Source: Candidatus Latescibacterota bacterium
GTDB taxonomy: Bacteria > Latescibacterota > UBA2968
Reading direction: 5' to 3'
Length of the DNA: 64,000 nt
Assembly: GCA_965204745.1 (NCBI GenBank)
Contig: OZ242010.1
Span: forward strand, 448,001-512,000
Shown: in pieces, positions 49,226 through 59,051 of the stretch
How the letters are laid out: each line of letters begins with the position of its first letter
Numbering within the stretch: the stretch's first letter is position 1
The notes under the pieces: generated by a model
Told to the model about the DNA's origin: nothing
Databases searched by the model: none
Seen by the model: only the letters and a program-made list of their open reading frames with translations
Position numbers and translations under genes: made by a program

Positions 49226-51599
49226 CCGTTCCCTTGTCGCGGATACCATGAGATTCACAATGGGCGACGCTTTCATCGAAGAGATCGGCAGAGCGAAACC
49301 ATCTTTTGCCCAGTTTCTGCAAGTGGGCGGCCATATCGCATTTCACACTTTTGCCCAAATGCAAAACAACGACGCCATCAGATTTGAGCCGCTCCCTTGC
49401 TTGGCGTAAAATCGGAATATACACATCAAAACTTTTCATCTGTTGTTCATCGACAAAAACAGATGGGCGGGTGTCAAAATCGCGTGCAGACCAACCCGCA
49501 AACCACAAGCGCAACCAGTTTGCGAGGTAAAATCGGGTACTCTTAAAAAAGGGAGGAGACGTAATAACGGCATCGAGTTGATCGATCTCTTGAGGCCACC
49601 AACCCGTTGCATCTTGAAAAAATATCTTGCCGAGCCGAAAATCAGCCGGCAAATTTTCGCCCAAACTCCGTTGAACCTTTGCGCGTAGCCGATCAATTAA
49701 CGGGCGATATTCAAAAGGCCCTGTTGGCTTGTAGGGCGTAAGCGGATGCGAGCGGCGACTGAGGGCATAGGGCCGATTGCCATGCAAAATATGCAGCAGT
49801 GAGGCAAAAACGAATTGCTCTTCGGGTGTCTGTGGCGGGTGGGTTTGAAAGTAGCGGCGGGATAAGATGATTTCGCTCAGGGTTCGGGGTTCGTAGTATT
49901 CGGCGATTTTACCATTGAAACCCAAGCGATGAACTTCATCGATCTCCTGATCGGTAGCCGAGTTATATTCAATAAAATTTTTCACTGTTCCAATAACCGC
50001 CGCACAACCCCGATTCGCGGGACGCTGAAGCTTCGCACTGGCAATCGCAAAAGCCGCAGGGCTGATCTCAAAACCGTAGGCGAGTTTGTCGGATAATGCC
50101 GCTTCAAATGGAATTGTGCCAACACCGGCAAAAGGATCTAAAACACGTCCGCCCTGCGGAACAAAGGTCTGCACCAAGTGATGTGCGATAGCGGGCTTCA
50201 GTTTTCCCGGATATGAACATAGAGAGTGCCAAGCATGTCCCCAGTTGCGATTTGTAAAGGGTGCTTTCTGGTGAGGCAGGCTTTTTTTGCAACTATCCCA
50301 TGCGGACCGCCAGTGCGGCGTCCGTTTTTTTTTCGCGTATTTTCCCTTTTTGGATTTGAAAACGATCAGCGATTGTTTGAGCGACATTCCGCTTCTGGAT
50401 TTGCGTTGTCGCAACATCACATCGCCTTCTTGAACAAAACCCAAGTCTTGCAAACACGTCGCTAACAATTGATCAACCGGAACGCGAATCCCCGCGTAAC
50501 AAGAATCGCCAATATCAATCGCGACTGTTGCATCGGGCGTTAAGTGACCGAGAATTGCTCGAAATATGTCTGTTATCTCGAAAAAATAACTATCAATCAT
50601 GCGGGGAATGCGCGTGTCATAAGCTTCCCGTCTAAGAATCGAAACGATTTTTTGAACATCTGGATGGGACGAAACAGGTGCTTTTGCGACGGTGACATCA
50701 TTGATACCAGCCGTTAAAGATGCCGCACGAAATTTTGTCAAATCCCGATTTTCCTTCAAGCAGTGCAAGAACCACAACTCTATCTTTGTGTTGCGAAAAT
50801 AATTTGTTCCGTTCACATAAGGCGGGCTGGTTATCACGGCGTCAATGCCGAGGGGGGGTATGTCGTCTAATGAGCGTGCATTTTCGCAGATGAGCAATGG
50901 CTCTGTTTTTAGACGATTCACATCGTCTCGGATATCATGGGCGATCTGATCGATATTTTGGCAGATGCCGTCAACGAGTGGAACTGTCTGCCGCTCGAGT
51001 TCCTTGGGCGTTTTGTATCTCAAATCACCTGCCCGCTTCATTCGAGATGCAGGAACGAGTGCCGATAAAATTGCAACCGCAATTAAGTCCGCTAACATGG
51101 CATTTTCAAGAGCGATTTCGTCGAGCCAGGATCTCGTTCGCAAAACGCGATCATAAACCTGTTCATCAAAAAACAGACTGTCGCCAAAAGTTTGCGTATA
51201 TGCGCGGTGCAATACGTCATTTCGCCGGAATTTTTTTAGGTTTTTTAGGGTGTCTTTTGCCTGAACGAGCTCTTGAGCCAATACAAAACGTTGAGACGAA
51301 TTTAATCGCCGGACTCGTATTTTTGTCGCGCTGATAAATTGTAAGACGGGGTTTATTTCACAAAAATAAGCTGTTTTGTCGAGTTGCGATGCGGTAAAGG
51401 CTGTGGTTCCCGTTCCAGCAAAGGGATCGAGAATCACCTGGGCATTCGGGGCGTACCTCTTCAAGATGGATTCCACAAATTGAGTCGAATAGCCCTCTAA
51501 ATACGGATACCATCGCGCAAAGGGTTCTTTCCTGCCCCCCTTGAAAGTCACAGTCACCGGATCAAATAATTTCATTTTCACATCCATGCTCGGTAGCAC
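49194..51599 (-). CDS. Tandem two-domain amino-methyltransferase (likely N4-cytosine)
   Basis: Two complete motif sets: LDPFAGTGTT...TSPPY and LDPFAGVGT...TSPPF; start uncertain. Confidence 0.85.
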   Translation of the reverse strand: MLPSMDVKMKLFDPVTVTFKGGRKEPFARWYPYLEGYSTQFVESILKRYAPNAQVILDPFAGTGTTAFTASQLDKTAYFCEINPVLQFISATKIRVRRLNSSQRFVLAQELVQAKDTLKNLKKFRRNDVLHRAYTQTFGDSLFFDEQVYDRVLRTRSWLDEIALENAMLADLIAVAILSALVPASRMKRAGDLRYKTPKELERQTVPLVDGICQNIDQIAHDIRDDVNRLKTEPLLICENARSLDDIPPLGIDAVITSPPYVNGTNYFRNTKIELWFLHCLKENRDLTKFRAASLTAGINDVTVAKAPVSSHPDVQKIVSILRREAYDTRIPRMIDSYFFEITDIFRAILGHLTPDATVAIDIGDSCYAGIRVPVDQLLATCLQDLGFVQEGDVMLRQRKSRSGMSLKQSLIVFKSKKGKYAKKKRTPHWRSAWDSCKKSLPHQKAPFTNRNWGHAWHSLCSYPGKLKPAIAHHLVQTFVPQGGRVLDPFAGVGTIPFEAALSDKLAYGFEISPAAFAIASAKLQRPANRGCAAVIGTVKNFIEYNSATDQEIDEVHRLGFNGKIAEYYEPRTLSEIILSRRYFQTHPPQTPEEQFVFASLLHILHGNRPYALSRRSHPLTPYKPTGPFEYRPLIDRLRAKVQRSLGENLPADFRLGKIFFQDATGWWPQEIDQLDAVITSPPFFKSTRFYLANWLRLWFAGWSARDFDTRPSVFVDEQQMKSFDVYIPILRQARERLKSDGVVVLHLGKSVKCDMAAHLQKLGKRWFRSADLFDESVAHCESHGIRDKGTVTSHQYLVLY

Positions 51600-51825
51600 A
51601 ACCTGAGTCTCGCGTCCCCGAATGAGATTTAGCGATTGCTTTAATTGGCGAAGACAATAGGTATTGAACGGTAAGTCACTTGCCTCGGCATTGGTGCTCG
51701 ATAATTGTTTCCCTGCAACTGACGCAGTTCAGCATGTTCAACCTATCATATTACAGGAGCACTGTCAAAGGGTTCGCGATGGTCATTTCCAAAAGCGCGG
51801 GGCAATGCTTTTGTCGTGGCGCACG

Positions 51826-52635
51826 TCAAGGTCGATTTCGCGCTTCCCACATGGGATAGTGGATGTCTGCCCGTTGCAGTTCGCGCTGAAGCCACTGGTT
51901 GAACAGGCGTTTGCGGATCTCTTTTTTGACGCGCTCGTCAAGTGTTGCCGGATAGATTTGTTGCAACAAGTACAGCGCGAACCCGCCCGAGACCTTTTCC
52001 GGGCCGAAGAGGTCGCCTGGGGACGCGGCGAAAACGCGGGCGGCAATGCCCTTTGGCAACTGCGTGCGGCGCACGCGGCCCAAAAACCCACTGCCCGGGC
52101 GCGTGGTTGCATCTTGGGAAAACCGCCGCGCCATGGCGTAAAAGTCCGCGCCATCCTCCCGAATCTGCACGTCGATCTCGTCGATTATCCCCCGATCCGC
52201 GTGAAAGATCCAACAGATTTCCGCCTCGTCAAATTCCAGCGCGTGTTGTGCAAAATAGGGATCGATCTGCCCGTCCGCGATTTTTTCCGACAGCAGGTAT
52301 TCCAGGCGGCTCACCTCGGCGTCTTCTGCCACGTCTCGCAGGGTAATGCCGCGCTGGGCGAGCCAGGCCTCGGTGTCTTCCACGCGCTCGAGGCGGTGTC
52401 GATACCGCCAGTCGTTGACTTTGCGCTGAATGTCTTCGCGCGCTGTGCCAATGCCTTCGCGCTGCGCGAGTTGGCGGATCAATTCCCCGCGTGCAAACCG
52501 ATCAAAAAAGCGCAGGTCGTCCGCAACGCCCAACTGCCGCACGATTTGGCACACGCTCAAAGAGACGCCATTGACCTCGATCAGCGTGGCATCCTCAATT
52601 TCCGATTCGACGCGTTGCATCGCCGCTCTCCTCAT
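51826..52635 (-). CDS. PpiC/parvulin-like peptidylprolyl isomerase-related maturation protein
   Basis: DFYAMARRFSQD...SGFLGRV...LFGP rotamase-like segment; follows hlyD. Confidence 0.75.
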   Translation of the reverse strand: MRRAAMQRVESEIEDATLIEVNGVSLSVCQIVRQLGVADDLRFFDRFARGELIRQLAQREGIGTAREDIQRKVNDWRYRHRLERVEDTEAWLAQRGITLRDVAEDAEVSRLEYLLSEKIADGQIDPYFAQHALEFDEAEICWIFHADRGIIDEIDVQIREDGADFYAMARRFSQDATTRPGSGFLGRVRRTQLPKGIAARVFAASPGDLFGPEKVSGGFALYLLQQIYPATLDERVKKEIRKRLFNQWLQRELQRADIHYPMWEARNRP

Positions 52636-54046
52636 GGGTCGTCGCGTCGTACTTTGCGGATTCGTAAAGCTGCCGCAAGGGGCTGAGCAACATCAGCAAA
52701 ACCGATTGGCGGTCCGTCATAATCTCTGCCGTGCCCTTCATGCCAAACATCAGGGGTTTTTCGTCGCCTTTGACGCGGATGGTGTGTTCTTCCAATGCCA
52801 CGATGGCTTTGAAGATAGGCCCGACCGTTTCATCGAGAATCGCATCCGGCGCAATGTGTTTGAGCCACCCGCGCTTGATGCCGAAATCCTGAAACGCGTA
52901 CGCGTCGTATTTCAACTTGACCACCTGCCCGGGTTTGAGCAAGCCCACGTCTTTGTTCAAAACCATCAATTCCGCGACGATCGGCGCAGACGCGGGCACC
53001 AGCATCCCCAAGGGCTGTCCCTTGTTGATCACCTGCCCGACCGCGTTCACCATCACCTGCGTGACAATGCCCGATTCTTGCGCCAAAATCAGGTCCGATT
53101 CGGCATCTAACACGCGATCGACGCGCTTGCGCGCCTGCTCCAATCGCAGTTGGGCGGTCTCATAAGCGTGTTGGATCTGCGCTGTCTCGCGCTCGTGGGC
53201 GAGGCGCGCTTCCGTAATTTGACGCTTGAGGTCTTGAACCGCCATTTCGTTTTTGTAAATCTCGGACATGCGGTTCGGCAGTGCGGCCAGCGCGCTGAGG
53301 TATTGCACGCGCGCGCGATCCATGTCTGAACGGCTGATCAAGTTGCGTTCAAACAGGGTCTTTTGTTGCAAAAACGCCTGTTTGAGATGGTCGATTTCCG
53401 CTTGGCGAAAGCCGATCTGCGCTTGCAACCCGGCGTCCGGCGCGCTGTTTTGAGACGCATCGCCCACGTCGTTGCGATAATCTTTTAGGGCGTTTTGGTG
53501 CGCGGCCATAAACCGCTGCAAAACGGACAGGCGTCGTTCGAGCGCGGCGATGGTTTCCCGGTTCAATTTGGCCTTTTGCGGCAGCGCGTTTTTGAGATCG
53601 TACTCGGCTTGCTCAAACGCGATCTCGGCTTGTTCCCGCTCCCGCAATTCGCCCCAGGTCTCCCATGATTTCAGCTTGAACAACACCTGACCCGCTGCGA
53701 TGTGATCGCCTTCGGCAATGCCGATCCATTCGATTTCCCCGCCGCGCTTGGCCTGCACGGTTTTCACCTGCCCCAGCGGCACCAGCCGAAACGGCGCGGA
53801 CGCCACCACATCCACCTCGCCCAACGATGCCCACGCGAGGGCAATGCCGATAAACAGCAGGACGATGTAGAGCAATGCCCGCCCCCAAAAGGGCCGCAAC
53901 GACCCCATAAACGCACGCGCCTCTTCGGACGCGTCGTCGCGCTCAACGCGCAAAGTTCTGGCCTCGGCCTCTACCAGTGGTTCTGCCATCGCGTGCCTTT
54001 TGTGCCTTTTGTGGCTAAATTCGGCCTCTACCAGTGGTTCTGCCAT
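52595..54046 (-). CDS. HlyD family secretion membrane-fusion protein
   Basis: N-terminal TM, coiled coil, KDVGLLKPGQVVKLKYDAY, GMKGTAEI. Confidence 0.92.
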   Translation of the reverse strand: MAEPLVEAEFSHKRHKRHAMAEPLVEAEARTLRVERDDASEEARAFMGSLRPFWGRALLYIVLLFIGIALAWASLGEVDVVASAPFRLVPLGQVKTVQAKRGGEIEWIGIAEGDHIAAGQVLFKLKSWETWGELREREQAEIAFEQAEYDLKNALPQKAKLNRETIAALERRLSVLQRFMAAHQNALKDYRNDVGDASQNSAPDAGLQAQIGFRQAEIDHLKQAFLQQKTLFERNLISRSDMDRARVQYLSALAALPNRMSEIYKNEMAVQDLKRQITEARLAHERETAQIQHAYETAQLRLEQARKRVDRVLDAESDLILAQESGIVTQVMVNAVGQVINKGQPLGMLVPASAPIVAELMVLNKDVGLLKPGQVVKLKYDAYAFQDFGIKRGWLKHIAPDAILDETVGPIFKAIVALEEHTIRVKGDEKPLMFGMKGTAEIMTDRQSVLLMLLSPLRQLYESAKYDATTHEESGDATRRIGN

Positions 54047-54048
54047 CG
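53964..54048 (-). repeat. 29-bp CACAAAAGG-family repeat between 28-bp direct duplications, in frame within the hlyD 5' end
   Basis: TCGGCCTCTACCAGTGGTTCTGCCATCG at 53964..53991 and 54021..54048. Confidence 0.9.
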
Positions 54049-54074
54049 TGCGTCCCCCTTCAAAGCGTTGCCCG

Positions 54075-57000
54075 TCAAACCCCTTGCAACTGTTGCCCGC
54101 ACATGTGCGCGTACAACCCCTGTTGCACCATCAACTCGCCGTGCGTGCCCATCTCCACGAGATGGCCCTTGTCCAGCACCACAATGGCATCGGCGTCTCG
54201 CACGGTGCTCAAGCGGTGGGCGATGATCAAGGCGGTGCGGTCTTCCAAGAGCAGATCCAAATTCGCCCGAATCGCCTGTTCCGAATCCGTGTCCAGCGCG
54301 TTGGTGGCTTCGTCAAAAATCAAAATTTTCGGATCGCGGTACAATGCCCGCGCTATCGCGATCCGCTGCCGTTGCCCGCCGGACAACCCGACGCCCTGTT
54401 CGCCCACTTTTGTCTCGTAGCCCAAGGGCATATCGGTCACAAAGTCTTGCACGCAGGCCAGTTTTGCAACTTCCAGGATGCGTTCCATGTCCGCGTCTTC
54501 CCGCCCAACGGCGATGTTTTCCGCGATGCTGCCGCTGAACAAAAACGGCTCTTGCATGACCATGCCCACCTGTTGCCGCAACCAATGGGGGTCGAAGTCT
54601 CGCGCGTCCATCCCGTCGAGCAACACGCGCCCGTCTGAGGGATCGAACAGGCGCGGCACGAGTTTGACCAACGTGGTTTTGCCCGCGCCGCTACGTCCCA
54701 CGATAGCGACTTTTTGCCCCGGTTCGACCGCGAGGTCGATGTTGTTCAACACGTAGGGTTCGTCAGACCCGACGCCGTACCGAAAAAATACCGAGTCGAA
54801 AACCAAGCGGCCTCGCACCTGCTTCAAGCGCAAGCCGTGCCCTTGTTGCCGCGCGTCTTCCATCTGCGTGTCGTACACGTCATTGAGCCTGTCCAAGGCG
54901 ACGCGCGCTTCTTGCACTTGCGGCCAGATGCTGATCAACCCCATGATGGGGCCCATCACATTGCCGATGAGGGCATTAAACGCCATCAACTGCCCCACGG
55001 ACAAATTGCCCTCGATGACCAATGACGCGCCATACCACAAAATCACCGTGTTGCTCAACAAGTTGATCAGGCCCCCGCCCGCGCCGAACAGCATCTGCAT
55101 TTTTAGGCGTTGAAATCCGATCTGAATTTCCCGCGTGAACTTGCCCTCCCAATGCCACCGGGTCGCGCGCTCGACCGCCTCGGCTTTGACCACGTCGATG
55201 CCGCGCAGGGAATCGATCAAGACCGAGGATTGTTCGGCGCGCGCCAAAAATGCGCGTTGGCTAAAGGATTTCAAAATGGGCGTGTAGATCAGGGTGAGGC
55301 CCACGGACAGGGGCACAAAAATCAGCATGACGAGCGTCAACTCGGCGTTGTAGTAAAACATCAATCCGAGATAGACGAATAACATCACAAAGTCCAAAAC
55401 CGCGGAAACGGTCGTGCCGGTCAACAGGCGTTGGATCGTGGCGTTTTCCTTGAATCGCGTGGTCAAATCGCCGGTGCGCCGAAGGGCGAAAAACCGCATG
55501 GACAGGGCCAATAAATGGCGGTAAAAACGCGACAACATCGACAGGCTCAAGCGCGCACTCACATAGCCGATCAAGTACGTCCGCAGGGTTGTCGTGCCCA
55601 TTTGAAACAGCGCGACGACGACCATGCCCACCAACATCAAGTTCAACAAGTCCTCGTCGTGATGGACCAACACTTGATCCACAATGGTCTGCATAAAAAT
55701 AGGCGACGCCAGCCCAAACAAACTGAGCACCAGCGACGCCAACAAGACTTCGATTAAAATGCCGGTATGGGGTTTGACCAATGGGAAGAACCGCTTGAAG
55801 GACGAGCGGGACGGCTCGTTTTGTGCCACGCGATCCGTGTATTCCAACAACAGCGCGGCGTTTGTCCAGCCCTTTTCAAATTCCGCACGCGACAATTTGC
55901 GAATGCCCACGCCCGGGTCCGCGATTTTCACCTCGTTTTTCCCGATCTGATACAAGACCACAAAGTGATTGCCTTCCCAGTGGAGGATGGCCGGGAGGTC
56001 TGTTTGCATGAGGGCTTCGTACCCGGTGCGAACCCCGTGCGTGACAAAGCCCAGGGTTTCAGCGGCCTCGGCCAACGCGGCCATGGACGTGCCATACCGC
56101 GAGACATTGGACATGTCGCGCAATCGGTTCAAGCCGATGGGCATTTTGTAGTACTTGCAGATCATGCCCAAACACGCGGCCCCGCAATCGGATTGATCGT
56201 GTTGCTTCAAAAATGGAAAGCGAAGCGCGGTGGGCGCGGTGGGTTGGCGTTCCTCTGTTCTGATGGCGACCACATTGGCGCGCGCGTCTCGTTTGTCAAC
56301 GCTTGGCTCGGCTCGCGCGCTCGGCCCATCGCCGAACGTCGCGCTTTGGGTTTGTCGCGGCAGAGGCGATGCCCCTGTCTCGCGTTCCGAGCTCGCTAGC
56401 CGCCCCATCTGCAAGGCCGCGCCGAGTGCGGGCATCCCGTCGTTGAGTTTGTCTAAATCGCTTTTATCGATAGAAAAGAGCACGCAATCGCTTTGGCAAC
56501 GGATCGCGGGTGGTCGCTCGCTCGGCAAATTCTCATCGCCAAAAAAATCCCCGGCGCGCAATATCGCGGTGGCGCCCTTTGCCGATGCGATCTCGACCTG
56601 ACCGCGGGCGATCAAGTAAAATCGCTCGTTTGGCTCCGCGACCAATTCGCCCTTTGCCACCTCTTCGCGCTTTAAGCGGGCGAACAGCTCCCGCAATACC
56701 TCAGCCGAGACATTCCCTTTCAAAAATCGCGTGAAATTCCGATACGCGATCTGCGCGACCTGATCCTCGAGGTACGCTTTTAATCCCGCTTCTTTTTTGA
56801 GCACCTTGAAGAACCGATCCTTTGGCACGCGCAAGAGGTCCGAGTCCTCAACCGCCCGCACGGTCGCCCGATGCCCCTGCCCGGTCAATAACGCGCCTTC
56901 GCCAAAGTGGTCGCCCGCGTATAAATAGCCCACGGTTGCAGAACCGCCCTCCGCGTCTCGCTTGATGACCCGCAACCGCCCAGCTTGCACCACGTAAAAG

Positions 57001-57125
57001 GCGTCCCCGGCTTGCCCCTGCTCAAAGATGACACTGCCAAATGGCGCGGGCCGAACCGCGTTTTCCGCAAAGAAGCGCGATAGGTTTCTAAATGCGACCT
57101 CGGGTGCTGTTTGTGTGGTGTTCAT
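54075..57125 (-). CDS. Peptidase C39-containing ABC exporter (PCAT) with two N-terminal cNMP-binding domains
   Basis: IFEQG...FGEGALL; QHDQSDCGAAC, HWEGNHFVVL, IADP; GRSGAGKT, LSGGQRQR, FDEAT, IAHRLST. Confidence 0.93.
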   Translation of the reverse strand: MNTTQTAPEVAFRNLSRFFAENAVRPAPFGSVIFEQGQAGDAFYVVQAGRLRVIKRDAEGGSATVGYLYAGDHFGEGALLTGQGHRATVRAVEDSDLLRVPKDRFFKVLKKEAGLKAYLEDQVAQIAYRNFTRFLKGNVSAEVLRELFARLKREEVAKGELVAEPNERFYLIARGQVEIASAKGATAILRAGDFFGDENLPSERPPAIRCQSDCVLFSIDKSDLDKLNDGMPALGAALQMGRLASSERETGASPLPRQTQSATFGDGPSARAEPSVDKRDARANVVAIRTEERQPTAPTALRFPFLKQHDQSDCGAACLGMICKYYKMPIGLNRLRDMSNVSRYGTSMAALAEAAETLGFVTHGVRTGYEALMQTDLPAILHWEGNHFVVLYQIGKNEVKIADPGVGIRKLSRAEFEKGWTNAALLLEYTDRVAQNEPSRSSFKRFFPLVKPHTGILIEVLLASLVLSLFGLASPIFMQTIVDQVLVHHDEDLLNLMLVGMVVVALFQMGTTTLRTYLIGYVSARLSLSMLSRFYRHLLALSMRFFALRRTGDLTTRFKENATIQRLLTGTTVSAVLDFVMLFVYLGLMFYYNAELTLVMLIFVPLSVGLTLIYTPILKSFSQRAFLARAEQSSVLIDSLRGIDVVKAEAVERATRWHWEGKFTREIQIGFQRLKMQMLFGAGGGLINLLSNTVILWYGASLVIEGNLSVGQLMAFNALIGNVMGPIMGLISIWPQVQEARVALDRLNDVYDTQMEDARQQGHGLRLKQVRGRLVFDSVFFRYGVGSDEPYVLNNIDLAVEPGQKVAIVGRSGAGKTTLVKLVPRLFDPSDGRVLLDGMDARDFDPHWLRQQVGMVMQEPFLFSGSIAENIAVGREDADMERILEVAKLACVQDFVTDMPLGYETKVGEQGVGLSGGQRQRIAIARALYRDPKILIFDEATNALDTDSEQAIRANLDLLLEDRTALIIAHRLSTVRDADAIVVLDKGHLVEMGTHGELMVQQGLYAHMCGQQLQGV

Positions 57126-57146
57126 TTCCGTCTCCTCAAATTGGTA

Positions 57147-58223
57147 TTACATCCCTTCTAAAACCGCAATGCCCCTTTCGAGCACCGGATCGCCCATAGC
57201 GGAGGAATCGGAAAAGCTGACGGCGATATCGGGGGGAACACCGATGCCTTCGTAGCTTATCCTATCCGCGGAAACGAATTTTGACACCGTGAGTTGATAC
57301 ACCCACCCATTGGGCAGCTGACCTTGCTTGATACTTCCAAGGGCACCGGCAGTGGAACTGCCGATGACCGTGACATGGGGGAATTGTCGCAGAGCCAAAA
57401 CAAAATGTTCCGCCGCACTCGCGGTATTTTTTCCGACGAGCAAGACGAGGGGGTTGGTGTATTGCCGCGCTCCTGACGGCCCGATTTGCAGTTCAAAAAG
57501 GGGCGCAGAGTCGGATCGATTGACGCGATATTGGTATTGTGCATAGCCATAGACGTGTGTTTTATCGACAAAACGCGCCATGACAGATCGCGCGTTTCCC
57601 GTCACACCACCCGAGTTCTGTCTCAGATCGATGATGATGCCATCAGTATGGCTCAACTGCGCTAAGACAGCGTCGATATCCCCTCCCCAGTCTTTATCTT
57701 TCACCGATCCGGTTGAAAATCCAGGGATAGAGATATACCCAATGCGATCTCGCATCGCGCCGTACTGAAGCCCTCCCTGCGTGTGTATATCGTCGATATA
57801 ATTTCTGACGCGGTCAAAATCGAACGACTCATCCTCCCGATTGCCAAACTCAATTGTGAACGTCGTATCTCTTTCAAACCCGCTCGGATCAAAAGTTAAA
57901 GGCTCATCCCGACGCCCCGATACAAAACGACCAAATGGCGTGACGAGACCGACATGCCGGTCGTTGAGGTATTCTAACATCAGGGCACAGATTGCAAAAA
58001 GTTCCAGTTGGGTGGTTTGCGCCGTGACGAAAGGACGCTGAACCCTGTAAAGCGCGTTCCAATCGACATTCTTGACCTCAAACAATGCGTAAAAGTCATT
58101 AAATTCTCGCCAGAAAACTTCGAAGTTGTGTTCGGGTGACGAGTCGAGATCACCACCTACAATTGACTTTCCGCAGGAAAAATGAAAACCACAGACGACG
58201 ACGATAAATAGCAGACGTAACAT
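57147..58223 (-). CDS. S41 family peptidase (probable lipoprotein)
   Basis: IDLRQNSGG, TASAAE, IGSSTAG, EGIGVPPD; N-terminal lipobox-like FSC. Confidence 0.88.
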   Translation of the reverse strand: MLRLLFIVVVCGFHFSCGKSIVGGDLDSSPEHNFEVFWREFNDFYALFEVKNVDWNALYRVQRPFVTAQTTQLELFAICALMLEYLNDRHVGLVTPFGRFVSGRRDEPLTFDPSGFERDTTFTIEFGNREDESFDFDRVRNYIDDIHTQGGLQYGAMRDRIGYISIPGFSTGSVKDKDWGGDIDAVLAQLSHTDGIIIDLRQNSGGVTGNARSVMARFVDKTHVYGYAQYQYRVNRSDSAPLFELQIGPSGARQYTNPLVLLVGKNTASAAEHFVLALRQFPHVTVIGSSTAGALGSIKQGQLPNGWVYQLTVSKFVSADRISYEGIGVPPDIAVSFSDSSAMGDPVLERGIAVLEGM

Positions 58224-58224
58224 G

Positions 58225-59013
58225 TTATTTTACCTTGAGAGCGAAGCCCATCAGCAGATTATGCGTGAACATTGCGGCCGTGCGTTCATATCTTCTCGCA
58301 CGCTGGAAATCCATGCGATAGACCGCGTAAAACGCGATAGATGAGGACAGCCGACTGGCGTAGTGAACGCCGATATTGAAATGCAGAAAGCGGTTCCAGA
58401 AGGCCAGATCACCAGCCAGTAAATTCGCAAAACCTTCCCGGCCGGATACAATACCAGATGCGTGTGGCAGATAATACGATACGAGGGTACTGCCCAGGTA
58501 TGCTCTGAGATGGTGTCGCATGTTAAAATGATAGTCACCCAAAATTGCAAGGCGCAGGCTGAAATCCATATCCCCAATGAGCTGGGCATGTACTGGCGGA
58601 TGGATGTATTCTTTAACGTAAAGTCCCACTCCCATGCCCCCCATAATGCCCAACCTCATTTTGTCGTAGGCCGCCAAATAGCGCCCGTATAATTCTTCAA
58701 CCTGAAAATACACGATCTTGACACTTGTCTCGGAAGCAGAGAGGTTGCCACGCCCAAATGCGATAAACTCGGAGCGGTAGCTTTTATTGCCTTGTTTTAG
58801 AGAGAGCCAAGCAACGGATGGCGTCTGGCCTTCGTACCGCAGGTAGGATCCCAATTCATCTTTTAAGTAAAATTGCGACAGCCCCGCCATGATCCCATAC
58901 CATTGCTCGCTCGCTTTCTCCTTTTTGGTGGCCTCATTCTCTTTGGGCATTTCTTCACCCAAGGCATCCATTCCCCCGAGCACCAAACACAAAACGACCA
59001 GTATTTTCATCAT
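58225..59013 (-). CDS. Hypothetical exported protein (possible beta-barrel)
   Basis: Signal peptide; alternating aromatic/hydrophobic strands. Confidence 0.55.
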   Translation of the reverse strand: MMKILVVLCLVLGGMDALGEEMPKENEATKKEKASEQWYGIMAGLSQFYLKDELGSYLRYEGQTPSVAWLSLKQGNKSYRSEFIAFGRGNLSASETSVKIVYFQVEELYGRYLAAYDKMRLGIMGGMGVGLYVKEYIHPPVHAQLIGDMDFSLRLAILGDYHFNMRHHLRAYLGSTLVSYYLPHASGIVSGREGFANLLAGDLAFWNRFLHFNIGVHYASRLSSSIAFYAVYRMDFQRARRYERTAAMFTHNLLMGFALKVK

Positions 59014-59051
59014 TTTTCACCTGTCAGATATCTTGGTTCATGTATGACGCC

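Noticed and set aside
53964-54048. 28-bp repeat / 29-bp spacer / 28-bp repeat as a mini-CRISPR
   Set aside because: The repeats are hlyD coding sequence and the spacer is a known dispersed repeat module.
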